A stretch of DNA of 62,334 bases, counting the filler, from Actinomycetota bacterium (GTDB lineage: Bacteria > Actinomycetota > CADDZG01 > JAHWKV01 > JAOPZY01), in assembly GCA_025963875.1 (NCBI GenBank). It is 6 parts of 6 records of this genome, joined end to end, with 100 filler letters (N's around TTAATTAATTAA, not from the genome) between each part and the next. Parts side by side here need not be neighbours in the genome. Positions count along the whole stretch, not along the records: positions 35,342 to 46,641 come from JAOPZY010000225.1; positions 46,742 to 53,650 come from JAOPZY010000232.1; 4 more parts are not named here. One strand, 5' to 3'. The position numbers and the translations under genes are program-made. This document shows positions 36,804-47,796 of this stretch, piece after piece (position 1 is the stretch's first letter; every line of letters starts with the position of its first letter). The notes under the pieces were generated by a model. That model saw only the letters and a list, made by a program, of their open reading frames with translations, was not told the origin of the DNA and ran no database searches.

Positions 36804-37798
36804 CAGATGCCCGCCCTGCTGGAGAGGTCGACCCGCAGGGGCGCCCGGGCTGCGTCGTAGACCGCGGCGAGGCTGGGGTTGGCCAGGAACCAGTCGAGGA
36901 ACTTGCCGAAGCCCTCGTCGAGGGTATGGCGGGGCAACCAGTCGAGTTCGTTCAGGATCTTGGAATTGTCGGCCACCCAGACGGGGACGTCCCACGACCG
37001 GTTCGGCATCGAGCCCCAGGAGGGCTCGCCACGGATGGGCAGCCGGCGGCGGGCGATCTCGACGACATCGGCGAGCGTGCTCTGGATCCCGGTGCCGACG
37101 TTGTACACGGCCCCCGGGTCGGTGCCCCGCTTGGCGGCGACCTGCACGAAGGCGTCGCACACGTCGTCGACGTAGATGAAGTCCCTCGCCACCGACGCAT
37201 CCGCCAGGGGTGGCAGCTCGCCCCGCAGCCCACGGGCAATGAGGCTCGGGACGAACCGGCTCGGTTCCTCGTACGGGCCGTAGACGGAATACAGGCGGAG
37301 CGTGGGCATGTAGGCGTCCCGGCGCTGGGCGATGGAGCGGCAGAACTGGGTGGCGCACGCCTTCGTCCAGGCATAGTCGCTGTTGGGTTCCAACAACTCG
37401 TCCTCGGATGGCGGGAAGTCCTTGGAGCCGTACTCGGACGACGAGCCGGCATTGATGAAGGACTCGAACCCCTCTTTGAGTGCCGCCTCGGCCAGATTGA
37501 CGAGCCCGGCGACATTGGTCTGCTCCATCGCCTTCAGGTCCTGCTGGTGGGGATATGCGCCGTAGGCGGCAAGATGAAATATCCAGTCTGGATGGACGCT
37601 ATGTACTGCTTTGATCACCGATTTGGCCTCCGTGAGATCCGCCTCGACCAGCGTCACGTCGTCCGCGAAGGCCTGGAGCCGCCACGTGGCGCAGCCGGGC
37701 CGCACGAGGAGCGCCACGCGGTGGCCCTCCCGGAGGAGGCGCAGCGCGAGGTTGGCGCCGACAAAACCGGTCCCGCCGGTCAGAAGCACATTCTTCAC
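36803..37798 (-). CDS. NAD-dependent epimerase/dehydratase
   Basis: TGGTGFVG, GSSSEYG, YAWTK, RDFIYVDD. Confidence 0.92.
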   Translation of the reverse strand: MKNVLLTGGTGFVGANLALRLLREGHRVALLVRPGCATWRLQAFADDVTLVEADLTEAKSVIKAVHSVHPDWIFHLAAYGAYPHQQDLKAMEQTNVAGLVNLAEAALKEGFESFINAGSSSEYGSKDFPPSEDELLEPNSDYAWTKACATQFCRSIAQRRDAYMPTLRLYSVYGPYEEPSRFVPSLIARGLRGELPPLADASVARDFIYVDDVCDAFVQVAAKRGTDPGAVYNVGTGIQSTLADVVEIARRRLPIRGEPSWGSMPNRSWDVPVWVADNSKILNELDWLPRHTLDEGFGKFLDWFLANPSLAAVYDAARAPLRVDLSSRAGI

Positions 37799-37959
37799 GC
37801 AGAGAACCCTATACGGGGGAGGGCGGAGGCACGGACGCAAATGAAGCCCGCACTAGAGAGGATTCAGTAGTATACGGGCGTGCGTGCCGGGCGAAACCCT
37901 CAGCGCTTTTCTCACCTGCGGGGTGCCGCCGGGCGATCCCCAACGAGCAGATACGGCTC

Positions 37960-38874
37960 GTGAGCGAGGCTCTGACGGCCGGGAAAGCGGGTGGCGAGGC
38001 CAGCGTGACCGACTCCGACGTCCTCTCCGCCTCGATCTCCCTCCAACCCATCAGGCGTCCGTGGGGATCCATCGCCCCGGCTCGCCTCGCGGCCCTGCAG
38101 ATCCGCCTCACGATCCTGGAGCAGGCCAAGCGGGCCGGGGTGGGCCACGTCGGCTCGGCCCTGTCCGTCGCCGACATCATCGCCGCCCTGTACGCCGGCG
38201 GCATGGACGTCGCCGATCCCGATGCCCCCAACCGCGACCGCCTCGTCCTCTCCAAGGGGCATGCGGCCCTGGCGCTCTACGCGGCGCTGCATCAGCGGGG
38301 ATGGCTGACGCGCGAGGAGCTCGACACCTACTGCGGGGATGGGAGCCTGCTCGGCGTCCATCCGGAGCATCGCCTTCGGGGCATCGACTTCTCGACGGGA
38401 TCCCTCGGCCACGGCCTGGCGATGGGGGCCGGGGCGGCCCTGGCGGCGCGGTTGCAGGGCTCGTCGCGACGGGTCTTCGTCCTGCTCTCCGACGGGGAGT
38501 GCAACGAGGGGTCCGTGTGGGAGTCCGCCATGTTCGCCGCCCACCAGGAGCTCTCCAACCTGATCGTGCTCATCGACATGAACGGCCAGCAGGCGCTCGG
38601 CTACACCCGCCACGTGCTCGACCTCGAGCCGATGGACCGCCGCTGGGACGCCTTCGGATGGGACGCCCAGGTAGTGGACGGCCACGACGTCGGGGCCATG
38701 CTGGACGCCATCGACCGGCTCGACCCGGTGACCGGACCGCCGCACGTCCTCGTCGCCCGCACCACCTTCGGCAGGGGGGTGTCGTTCATGGAGAACCAGA
38801 TCCGCTGGCACTACTTCCCCATGTCCGACCAGGAGTACGAGCGAGCCGTCGATGAGGTCAGGGCGGCGGAGTGA
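37960..38874 (+). CDS. Transketolase N-terminal (TPP-binding) subunit; start uncertain
   Basis: GHVGSALS, LSKGHA, TGSLGHG, SDGECNEGSVWE. Confidence 0.9.
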   Translation: MSEALTAGKAGGEASVTDSDVLSASISLQPIRRPWGSIAPARLAALQIRLTILEQAKRAGVGHVGSALSVADIIAALYAGGMDVADPDAPNRDRLVLSKGHAALALYAALHQRGWLTREELDTYCGDGSLLGVHPEHRLRGIDFSTGSLGHGLAMGAGAALAARLQGSSRRVFVLLSDGECNEGSVWESAMFAAHQELSNLIVLIDMNGQQALGYTRHVLDLEPMDRRWDAFGWDAQVVDGHDVGAMLDAIDRLDPVTGPPHVLVARTTFGRGVSFMENQIRWHYFPMSDQEYERAVDEVRAAE

Positions 38875-39806
38875 GGCGGGCGTTCGTCCAGGAACTCGCC
38901 GAGATCGCCGAGCGTGACGCCCGGATCCTCCTCATCACCGGCGACCTGGGCTTCTCGGTGGTCGAGCCGTTCGCCGACCGCCACCCGGACCGCTTCTTCA
39001 ACGCCGGCGTGGCCGAGCAGAACATGGTGGGCCTCGCGACCGGTCTGGCGGAGTCGGGGTTCATCCCCTTCGTGTATTCGATCGCAACGTTCGCCGCCCT
39101 CCGGCCCTACGAGTTCGTCCGCAACGGCCCGGTGCTGCACCAGCTGCCCGTCCGCATCGTCGGCACCGGCGGCGCCTTCGACTACGGGACGGCGGGCCCC
39201 ACCCACCACGCCCTCGAGGACGTGGGCATCATGCGCATGCAGCCGGGGCTCGCGGTGATCTGCCCGGCCGATGCCCAGCAGACCACCTCCGCGCTCCATG
39301 CCACCTGGGACCTCCCGGGCCCCATCTACTTCCGGGTGGGCAAGGACGAGACGACCTGCGTGGCCGGCCTCGACGGCCGCTTCCGGCTCGGCGGCGCCGA
39401 GTTGGTCCGCGACGGGACCGACCTCCTGCTGCTCACCACGGGATCGATCGCCGCCGACACCGTCGCGGCAGCGGAGGCGCTCGCGGGCGAAGGCGTGTCG
39501 TGCGCCGTCCTGGTGGTCGCCACGCTGAACCCACCGCCGGTCGAGGAGCTCGAGGGGGCCCTCGCCCGCTTCCCCGTGGCCGTCTCGGTGGAGAGCCACT
39601 ATGTGACCGGGGGCCTGGGATCCCTCGCCGCCGAGGTCATCGCCGAGGCGGGGCTGCGCTGCCGCCTGAGCCGCTGCGGTGTCCGCCGTGGATCCGAGGG
39701 GATCTCTGGGAGTGAGGGGTGGCTGGCGGCCCAGCACGGCCTGTCGGTCGAGGGCCTGATGAGCTCCGCGCGCGAGGCCCTGGCTCAGGGCTGCTTGACG
39801 AGCTGA
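38871..39806 (+). CDS. Transketolase C-terminal subunit
   Basis: MRRAF, GVAEQNM, GPTHHALED, GGLGS. Confidence 0.9.
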   Translation: MRRAFVQELAEIAERDARILLITGDLGFSVVEPFADRHPDRFFNAGVAEQNMVGLATGLAESGFIPFVYSIATFAALRPYEFVRNGPVLHQLPVRIVGTGGAFDYGTAGPTHHALEDVGIMRMQPGLAVICPADAQQTTSALHATWDLPGPIYFRVGKDETTCVAGLDGRFRLGGAELVRDGTDLLLLTTGSIAADTVAAAEALAGEGVSCAVLVVATLNPPPVEELEGALARFPVAVSVESHYVTGGLGSLAAEVIAEAGLRCRLSRCGVRRGSEGISGSEGWLAAQHGLSVEGLMSSAREALAQGCLTS

Positions 39807-39808
39807 CC

Positions 39809-40771
39809 GTGGCCGACGACAAGACGGACCGCCTGACCGCTGTCGTTGCCTGCTACCGGGACGCCCCGGCGGTCCCCGAGATGCACGAACGTCTCTCTAC
39901 GACCTTCCAGAAGCTCGGCGTCGACTACGAGATCATCTTCGTCAACGACGCCAGCCCCGACAACGCCCGGGACGTCCTGGAAAAGCTCGCCGAGATCGAT
40001 CCCCGGGTACGGGTGATCAACCACAGCCGCAACTTCGGCTCCCAGGGCGCGTTCACGAGCGGGATGCAGGCGGCCACCGGCGACGCGGTCATCCTCCTCG
40101 ACGGCGACCTGCAGGACCCACCGGAGATCATCGAGGCCTTCTACGAGAAGTGGAAGGAGGGCAACGACGTCGTCTACGGGGTACGGGTGAAGCGTCAGGC
40201 GAGCCGGTTCCTGCAGGTTGCCTACAAGGCCTTCTACCGCACCTTCCGGGCGACCTCCTACGTGAAGATCCCGCTGGACGCCGGCGACTTCTCGCTCCTC
40301 GACCGCCGGGTGGTGGACGTGCTCAACAAGCTGCCCGAGACCAACCGCTTCCTTCGCGGCATGCGGGCCTGGGTGGGCTTCCGCCAGACCGGCGTCCCCT
40401 ACGTCCGGGCGGAGCGGGCCTACGGGGAGACGACGAACAGCCTCCTCCGCAACTTCGGGTGGGCGCGCAAGGCGATCATCTCGTTCTCCTACAAGCCGCT
40501 GGACTTCATCATGCTGCTGGCGATCACCACCTGCGCCCTCTCGCTGCTGCTCATCGTCGTCCAGGTGGCCCTGCGGATCCTCGACCCGAAGATCGTGCCG
40601 AGCGGCCTCACGACCGTCATCGTCCTGATCCTGTTCATGGGCGGCGTCCAACTGCTGTGCCTCAGCATCATCGGGTCGTACCTGGCCCACATCTACGAGG
40701 AAGTGAAACGCCGCCCCGCCTACGTGGTGGAGAGCACCCTCAACGACCCGCCTCCGCCCGCGGAGGACTGA
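39809..40771 (+). CDS. GT2 polyprenyl-phosphate glycosyltransferase (GtrB/ArnC-like)
   Basis: FVNDASPD, SRNFG, DGDLQDPP, GDFSLLDR, two C-terminal TMs. Confidence 0.9.
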   Translation: MADDKTDRLTAVVACYRDAPAVPEMHERLSTTFQKLGVDYEIIFVNDASPDNARDVLEKLAEIDPRVRVINHSRNFGSQGAFTSGMQAATGDAVILLDGDLQDPPEIIEAFYEKWKEGNDVVYGVRVKRQASRFLQVAYKAFYRTFRATSYVKIPLDAGDFSLLDRRVVDVLNKLPETNRFLRGMRAWVGFRQTGVPYVRAERAYGETTNSLLRNFGWARKAIISFSYKPLDFIMLLAITTCALSLLLIVVQVALRILDPKIVPSGLTTVIVLILFMGGVQLLCLSIIGSYLAHIYEEVKRRPAYVVESTLNDPPPPAED

Positions 40772-43133
40772 CACCGGCCCAGCGCCCAGGCGGCGCCGTT
40801 GCGACCAGCATGATCGCGGCGAGGGTGAGGGCGACCGCCGCCAGGCCCTGCAGCGGCCATCGGGGCCGGTACCGGAAATCGATCCGGTGCGGGCCCGGCC
40901 CGATCACCACGCCGCGGAGGGCGGCGTCGACCCGGAGGATGGGGACGTCGCGGCCGTCGAGCGTCGCCGTCCACCCCGGATACCACTGGTCCGCCAGCAC
41001 GGCGACGCCGCCCCCCGAGGGGGGGACCGATACCACGACGTGCTCGGGCGCGTCCGCCCGGAGCGTCGCGGCCGGACCTGCAGGACAGGTGGCCGGGGAG
41101 GCTCCCGGCACGCCGGCACCGGGCACGACCGTCACCGTGGAGCGGAGGTCGGCGGCGGTCATGGCGGCGAGCCGCGGGAGCACGACGGCGTCCGATGTGA
41201 TGTCCCAGCAGGTGGCCACGAAGGCCGCCGGGAAGGCGCCCGGCTGGTCGAAGATCGACACCCTGCCCGCCGAGGTGACGTCCTGGGTGCCCGGGCTGGT
41301 GACGCCCGGCGGCGTGACGACGCGGCGGACGCCGAGGAGGTCGAGGATCGGTGGCTCGGTCCGGCCGAGCTGCAGCGGCGGCACCTTGTTCCCGTACGCC
41401 GCCCAGGCAAGGACGTCCGGCTGGACGGCAGTGAGGAGGCCGGCCAGGGTGGCCGGGATGAAGGGGTCGTAGCCGTTCACGCTGTGCAGCCCGAAGACAA
41501 TCGCCGCGTTCGGCGGCAGGGCGTAGTCGCCCGCCATGGCGAAGCGTGGCCGGTCCCCCGGCATCGAGGCCAGGCGCTGGACGTCGCTGCTGGCCGGGTA
41601 CATGGTCCCGTTCGGTTGGAACGGGTGGTAGCCGAACCCGAACATCCAGAGGTCGACCGAGACGACGGCGAGCAGAGCGAAGCCACCGACCCAGGGCGCC
41701 GCGCGGAGCCGGGTGATCGCGACGAGGAGGAGCAGGCCGGCTGCCGTCAGGACGATCGCCCGCACGCCCCGGGAGGTGAGGTACGACGCCGGCAGCCTCG
41801 TGCCCACCCGGGTGAGCGTGAGGACCACGAGCGCAGCGACGAGGGCAGCCGACGCTGCGATGGCGGTCCACCGAGCCGCCCGGTTCCCGCGGCCCAGCAC
41901 GGCGTCGACTCCCAGGGCCGCCATGCCCGCAAGGCCCGCGTCGAGGAGCAGCTTGAAGCGGGTGACATCCCGGGTGCGGGCAACGCCCGGCACCAGGGCG
42001 AACAGCGCGTGGAACACGGGGGTCCCCATGGCGGCGGTGAGCCCGACCAGGGTCAGCAGCCCAAAGCACACGGCGAGGCGGCGGTTGCGGTGGAGCGCCC
42101 CGGCCAGCGCGAGGGGCAAGGTGAGCACACCGGCATAGATCGTGGTTTCGATGGAGAGCGCGAGCAGACCCCGGTAGTTCCCCGAGAGGGAGCTGCCGTG
42201 GTAGTCGGGGATGAGCAGGGTGACGAGGTCCCGGGGCGCCACGTGCAGGTACGAGGCCGACGCTACGGTCTCCCGCTGGCGGATGATCTGGCCCGCGTAC
42301 TCGAGGGTCCCGACGAGCTGGATCGATGCGAGGCCCCCGGCGATCGCGAACACGCCAGCGGCCACACCGGCACTCCGCGCGAGCTCCCGCACCACGGCCC
42401 TGCCGCTGCACCGCCGTGCCCCAAGGGCGTCGACCGCCGTCGACCCCACTGCCCAGATCGCGGCTGCGATCCACACGTAGAGGCCGATCTGCGTATGCCC
42501 GGCAACGATGGCAAGCGCCAGCGCCAGCCCTGCGACCGGCACCCCCAGTCGCCAGCGACCCCGCCGTGCAAGCTCGAGACCGGCGAGGGCCATCGGGAGC
42601 CACACCGCCGACCCGAGGAGGGCGCCGAACATGCCTTCCGAGACCATGAAGCCGCTGAAGGTCCACACGACGGCCCCCAGCGCGGCGGCGAAGGGATGGA
42701 GCCGGAGGAGCGTGAGGAACCAGTAGGCGAGCAGCAGCGAGGCCAGGATCGTCCCGGCCCAGACCAGGCTGGCGACGACGGTCGGCGCCCCGAGGGCGTA
42801 GAGCCAGTTCGGCGGATAGAACGTGCCGACGGAGATGTCCGCGGCGAACGGCACACCGGCGAAGCGGCTGGGGTCCCACAGCGGGAGATGCCCCGCTGCG
42901 AGCTCACGGCCGAGGTAGACATGCCAGGGGTACTCGGCGAGGTAGGCGTCGGAGTCGACCTGGTTGGAGGTGATCCGGGGGGTGGATCCCGGTGCCCCGA
43001 AGAAGAGGCTCTGGAAGTCCGTGGGGAAATGGACCTTGCCTGCGAACAGCGGATAGACGAAGGCGACCCAGACCACAAACAGGCAGCCGAGCGCGACGAA
43101 CCTTGCCCTGACGGGGCGATCGGCCGGTGGCAT
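40740..43133 (-). CDS. YfhO-family GT-C membrane protein
   Basis: GHLPLWDP..GVPF..FYPPNW; many TMs; C-terminal DQWYPGWTATLDG..GPHRIDFRYRP. Confidence 0.85.
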   Translation of the reverse strand: MPPADRPVRARFVALGCLFVVWVAFVYPLFAGKVHFPTDFQSLFFGAPGSTPRITSNQVDSDAYLAEYPWHVYLGRELAAGHLPLWDPSRFAGVPFAADISVGTFYPPNWLYALGAPTVVASLVWAGTILASLLLAYWFLTLLRLHPFAAALGAVVWTFSGFMVSEGMFGALLGSAVWLPMALAGLELARRGRWRLGVPVAGLALALAIVAGHTQIGLYVWIAAAIWAVGSTAVDALGARRCSGRAVVRELARSAGVAAGVFAIAGGLASIQLVGTLEYAGQIIRQRETVASASYLHVAPRDLVTLLIPDYHGSSLSGNYRGLLALSIETTIYAGVLTLPLALAGALHRNRRLAVCFGLLTLVGLTAAMGTPVFHALFALVPGVARTRDVTRFKLLLDAGLAGMAALGVDAVLGRGNRAARWTAIAASAALVAALVVLTLTRVGTRLPASYLTSRGVRAIVLTAAGLLLLVAITRLRAAPWVGGFALLAVVSVDLWMFGFGYHPFQPNGTMYPASSDVQRLASMPGDRPRFAMAGDYALPPNAAIVFGLHSVNGYDPFIPATLAGLLTAVQPDVLAWAAYGNKVPPLQLGRTEPPILDLLGVRRVVTPPGVTSPGTQDVTSAGRVSIFDQPGAFPAAFVATCWDITSDAVVLPRLAAMTAADLRSTVTVVPGAGVPGASPATCPAGPAATLRADAPEHVVVSVPPSGGGVAVLADQWYPGWTATLDGRDVPILRVDAALRGVVIGPGPHRIDFRYRPRWPLQGLAAVALTLAAIMLVATAPPGRWAGVSPPRAEAGR

Positions 43134-43187
43134 GGCGCCAATACTAGAAGCAGGTCTCTCTCGAGGGTGGAGAAGCGCCCTAAGAAT

Positions 43188-43236
43188 CTTCTTTGTGTGA
43201 TTACCTCTCATAATGGCAGTTTTTCACACAAAGAAG
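43188..43236. repeat. 49-nt palindrome with perfect 13-bp arms
   Basis: CTTCTTTGTGTGA-N23-TCACACAAAGAAG. Confidence 0.75.
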
Positions 43237-43339
43237 CTCGTCACCCCACAGCGCCCCCTTGATAGCGCCGGTTCTCTTGCCGAGCGGAACATCTTCAGGA
43301 ATGGGCGGACGATGTGAGGAAAAGCGACAGGTCTGGCTC

Positions 43340-44248
43340 TTAGCCTCCTCGGCGGTGGCCCCACGCGGCGACGTTGCCGGCGGGGAGCATGACCCGGAGG
43401 GCGCCCAGGCGGCCGCCCAGCGCCTCCTGCGTCTTGGCCTTCAGGCCGGTCGGGATGGGCGCCAGCCTTGCCCAGTAGCGGACGGGATAGCTGTTGAAGA
43501 CGGGCCGCACCGACACGTTGGTGAACCCGGCCTCCCCCAGGAGCTGGCGGAGGCTCCGGGGGGAGAACAGCTGGAGGTGCTCGACGTCGAAGATGGGCGA
43601 GTGCCGGCCGAGCAGCTTTGCCGAGGCGGCACGCCGGTTGTGGCACACGATGAACAGAGCTCCCCCATCCGTGAGCAGCGACCAGGCGTCCCGGCAGAGC
43701 CCCAGCGGCTCGTGGACGTGCTCGATGGTCTGGAGGCAGGTGATGAGGTCGAACCGCCGGCCCTCGAACGCCGCAGGCGAGAAGAGCCCTTCGTGAATGA
43801 ACGGGCGGATGTGGTCGCCGGCGGACATCCGGGGTGCGTCCGATGGCTCGACGCCCTCCACGTGACGGAAGCCAGCGGCGAGGAGCTCCTCCAGAAAGGC
43901 GCCGTCGCCGGCACCGATGTCGAGGGCCGAGCCCAGGTTCCCGCTAGGGCTGGTCAGGGAGCCGAGGACGGGTCGTAACAGGCTGCGGTAGGTGCGAGCC
44001 GCCCATTTCGACTCCTCGGAGCTGTCGAAGCCGGCGGTGAGGTAGGCGCCCGCGAGCGTCTCCGGACCCGGGGCGGGGCTGGCGTAGATCAGGTCGCAGA
44101 CACCGCAGGCCACGAGCCGGTAGTGCATGTACTCCGGCTGTTTGCGGGAGGCGAAGGCGAAGCCGTCGAGGGCTGCGGGGTCGATCTTCTGCTCGGCGAA
44201 GACGGTGGCAGCCTCAGACCCGCAGACCGGGCAGGCGCGGGAGGCCAT
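43340..44248 (-). CDS. Class I SAM-dependent methyltransferase with N-terminal Zn-binding motif
   Basis: CPVC..CGVC, LDIGAGDG, TIEHV, EHLQLFS. Confidence 0.88.
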   Translation of the reverse strand: MASRACPVCGSEAATVFAEQKIDPAALDGFAFASRKQPEYMHYRLVACGVCDLIYASPAPGPETLAGAYLTAGFDSSEESKWAARTYRSLLRPVLGSLTSPSGNLGSALDIGAGDGAFLEELLAAGFRHVEGVEPSDAPRMSAGDHIRPFIHEGLFSPAAFEGRRFDLITCLQTIEHVHEPLGLCRDAWSLLTDGGALFIVCHNRRAASAKLLGRHSPIFDVEHLQLFSPRSLRQLLGEAGFTNVSVRPVFNSYPVRYWARLAPIPTGLKAKTQEALGGRLGALRVMLPAGNVAAWGHRRGG

Positions 44249-44368
44249 CGGGAGATCCGAAAAATCTGGCAGCGTCCCACCTCCAGGCGGTCCTAAGTTT
44301 TGGGGCGGCTTTTTGGGGCGGCAGGCCCCAGCTTCGGAAGCGGGAACTTCCCGATAGGATCGCCGCCC

Positions 44369-46641
44369 ATGTCAAAGGTTGCCGGCGCCCGCCGGTCCTC
44401 ATCCTACCGTCCGGTCATCTCCACCGGTCAGCGCCCACATCTCCGCCCTGTACCCGCTCCGCCGGGACCGCGTTCCCCGCAACGGATCCCGGCCTCGCGT
44501 CGCCGGGCGCGGCGGGTCTCCTTCGCCTTGCTGGGCCTCGCATGGCTGGCCTTCACCTATCCGATCCTGCAGTCCAAGGTCCACTTCCCCACGGACTTCG
44601 GCTCCTACTTCTTCGACGTCCCGGGGAACCTGCATCACCCCTCCAACGGCGCCGACACCCAGGCATTCAACGCTGCCTACCCCTGGCACGCCTACCTGGG
44701 CAACCAGCTCCGCTCGGGCCAGATCCCGATGTGGGACTCCTCCCGCTTCCTCGGCGTGCCCTACGCCGCCGACCCCTCGATGGGCACCTTCTATCCTCCG
44801 AACTGGCTCTACGCCGTGGGTTCGGTCCCGGTGATTGCCACCGTGATCTGGGCGGCGACGGTGCTTGCCTCACTCCTGCTCGCGTTCTGGTTCCTCTCGC
44901 TGCTCCGCCTTCATCCCTTCGCCGCAGCGCTGGGGGCGATCGCCTGGACCTTCGGCGGGTTCATGACGGCCTGGGGAACGGGCGACGCCGTCCTGGGGGC
45001 GGCCGTCTGGCTGCCCATGGCCCTCGGCGGCCTTGAACTGGCGCGCCGCGGCGCCATTGCCCGCGGCGTCACGATCTCGGGGCTCGCCCTCGCGCTCAGC
45101 GCCCTCGCCGGCCAGCCGCAGGTCGCGTACTACGTTTGGGTGGCGACGGGGATCTGGGCACTGGGGTCGACGGGGGCGGCGATGCTGCGAGCACGCCGCT
45201 CGCACCCCGGTGCCGTGGGGAAGGAGCTTGCCCGCGGGGTCGGGACGGCTGCCGGGGCCTTCGTGTTCGGACTGGGCCTGGCCTCGGTCCAGATCCTAGG
45301 GACCCTCGAGTACGCCGGGCAGCTGGCCCGCCAGAAGGAGACGGTGGCGACCCTGCTCGGTTCCCGGATCCCGGCAGCACTCGCCAAGACCCTCCTCATC
45401 CCCGACTTCTTCGGCAACCCCGTCAACCGCAACTACAGCTTCCCGGCGACGTACTACACCGAGGCCGCCCTCTATGCGGGGGTGGTGACCCTCCCGCTCG
45501 CCGCAGCCGGGATCCTCCACCGCAACCGGCGTCTCAGCCTCTCGTTCGGGCTGCTCGCCCTGGCTGGGGCCGGCGCAGCCTTCGGCACGCCCCTGCTGCA
45601 TCTGCTTTTCCTGGACGTGCCGCTGCTCGCGCGCTTCGGTGGGATCAACCACATGGTGCTGCTCATGGATGCCGGGCTGGCCGGACTTGCGGCCCTTGGC
45701 CTGGACGCACTCATATCCCGCACGCCAGGGTCGTCTCGGGTCGCCCTCCGAGGATGCGCCCTGCTTGCGGTGGCCGTCGCCGTCCTCGCCGTGAGCCGCT
45801 GGGGCACGAACGTCTCCGCCGGCTACGTGGCGGCTCGCGGTCTGCGAGGGATCGCTCTCCTCGCCCTGGCCGGGACCCTCCTCGTGCTCGCCCGGCGCTC
45901 TCCTGAGGCTCTGCGAGCTGCGTGCCTCGGGCTGGTCGGGCTCATGGGCGTGGACCTCTGGCTGTTCGGGTTCGGCTACCACGCCTTCCAGCCCAATACT
46001 CCGGTGCTGTCCACGACTCCGGAGGTCCAGTACCTGGCGACGGAGCCGGACAGCCGGCCCCGCTACGCCCAGACGGGGTCGGAGCAGCTCCCGCTGAACG
46101 CCTCGATGGTTCTCGGCCTGTACAGCGTCAACGGCTACGATCCGCTCCGGCCGGCCAGCCTGAACCGGTTGCTTGACCTGGCCTCCCCAAGCGCCGGCGG
46201 CGACTCGCTGCTCCCGTTTCCGGCCATGATCTCGCTGGCCTCGCAGCCCCCGGTCCTCGACCTCCTCGGCGTCCACAGCCTCACCGCCCCCAACGGCGGG
46301 GTCGAGCCCGGCGTCCCGGCCTTCACCGGCCGGTTCACCATCTTCGACGAGGCCGGCGCCTTCCCTCCTGCCTTCGTGGCGACGTGCTGGGCCACCGCAT
46401 CCGACGACGAAGCCCTCGCCCGGATGCGCACGATGACGTCGGCCGGCCTGCGCTCGACAGCGCTGGTGACTGCAGCATCGGTCCCACAGGGCCTGCCGCC
46501 GTCGCCCGCTTCGTGCGACGCCGGGCCCGCTGCCACGCTGACCCGTTACGACCCCCAGGACGTCGCCATGACGGTGCCGGCATCCTCGCGTGGCGGCCTC
46601 GTGGTGCTGACCGACCAGTGGTATCCGGGCTGGACCGCCAC
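44369..46641 (+). CDS. YfhO-family GT-C membrane protein (paralogue of 40740-43133), 3'-truncated
   Basis: KVHFPTDF, GQIPMWD, FYPPNWLY, SVNGYDP, DQWYPGWTA shared with the paralogue. Confidence 0.85.
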
Positions 46642-46741
46642 NNNNNNNNNNNNNNNNNNNNNNNNNNNNNNNNNNNNNNNNNNNNTTAATTAATTAANNN
46701 NNNNNNNNNNNNNNNNNNNNNNNNNNNNNNNNNNNNNNNNN
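46642..46741. other. Artificial contig linker
   Basis: N runs around TTAATTAATTAA. Confidence 0.99.
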
Positions 46742-47796
46742 CCGGCATGACGGGCTACCAGGAGGTCCTCACCGATCCTTCGTACCGCGGCCAGATCGTC
46801 ACGATGACGTACCCGCACATCGGCAACTACGGGCTCAACCGCATCGACACCGAAGGCGCCCAACCCCATGTCGCCGGCTTCGTCATCCGGGACCTGCCGG
46901 CGACCTGGTCGTCGTGGCGGGGTGAGCAGGGCCTGGACGACTACCTCCGGGAATGGGGGATCGCCGGCATCACCGAGATCGACACCCGCCGCCTCACCCG
47001 GCACCTCCGCTCGTCGGGGGCTATGCGGGGGGCCATCGCTAGTGGGGACCTGGCGGGGATCGATCCGCGAGCGGTGGCGGAGCGCCTGGGCCAGCATCCG
47101 ACGATGGTGGGGGCCGACTACGTGGCGGAGGTCACCGCCGGCGAGCCGTACGAGTGGCCCTGCCCCCAGGCGAGGTTCACCGTCGCCGCCTACGACTTCG
47201 GCATCAAGACCAACATCCTGCGCCAGCTTGCCGCCCACGGGTGCGCCGTCACGGTCTACCCCGCTTCGACGCCCCCCTCGGATCTGCTCGCGGGGAGGCC
47301 CGACGGGGTGTTCCTCTCCAACGGCCCCGGTGACCCCGAGGCGGTCCGCTACGGCATCGCCGCCATCGGCGAGCTCCTCGGCAGGGTGCCGGTGTTCGGC
47401 ATCTGCCTCGGCCACCAGCTGCTCGGCCTGGCGCTCGGCCTGCCGACGTTCAAGCTTGCCTTCGGTCACCACGGCTCCAACCATCCGGTGGCCCGCCTGG
47501 CGGACGGGCGGGTGGAGATCACCACCCAGAACCACGGCTTCGCCGTCGCCGCCGAGCCCTTCGGCTTCGAGGCACCCGATGCCCCGGGGCGCCCGCTGCC
47601 GGCAGGGCTGCGGGCGGAGTCCAGCCACGGCCCGGTGGAGCTCACGCACGTGAACCTCAACGACTACACGGTCGAAGGCTTCGCCCTCTGCGACGAACCC
47701 GCCTTCGCGGTCCAGTACCACCCGGAGGCCGGCCCCGGCCCCCACGACCCGCGCTACCTCTTCGACGACTTCTGCGAGCTGATGGCGCGTGCCTGA
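46742..47796 (+). CDS. carA: Carbamoyl-phosphate synthase small subunit, 5'-truncated
   Basis: [40 protein letters not shown]. Confidence 0.96.
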
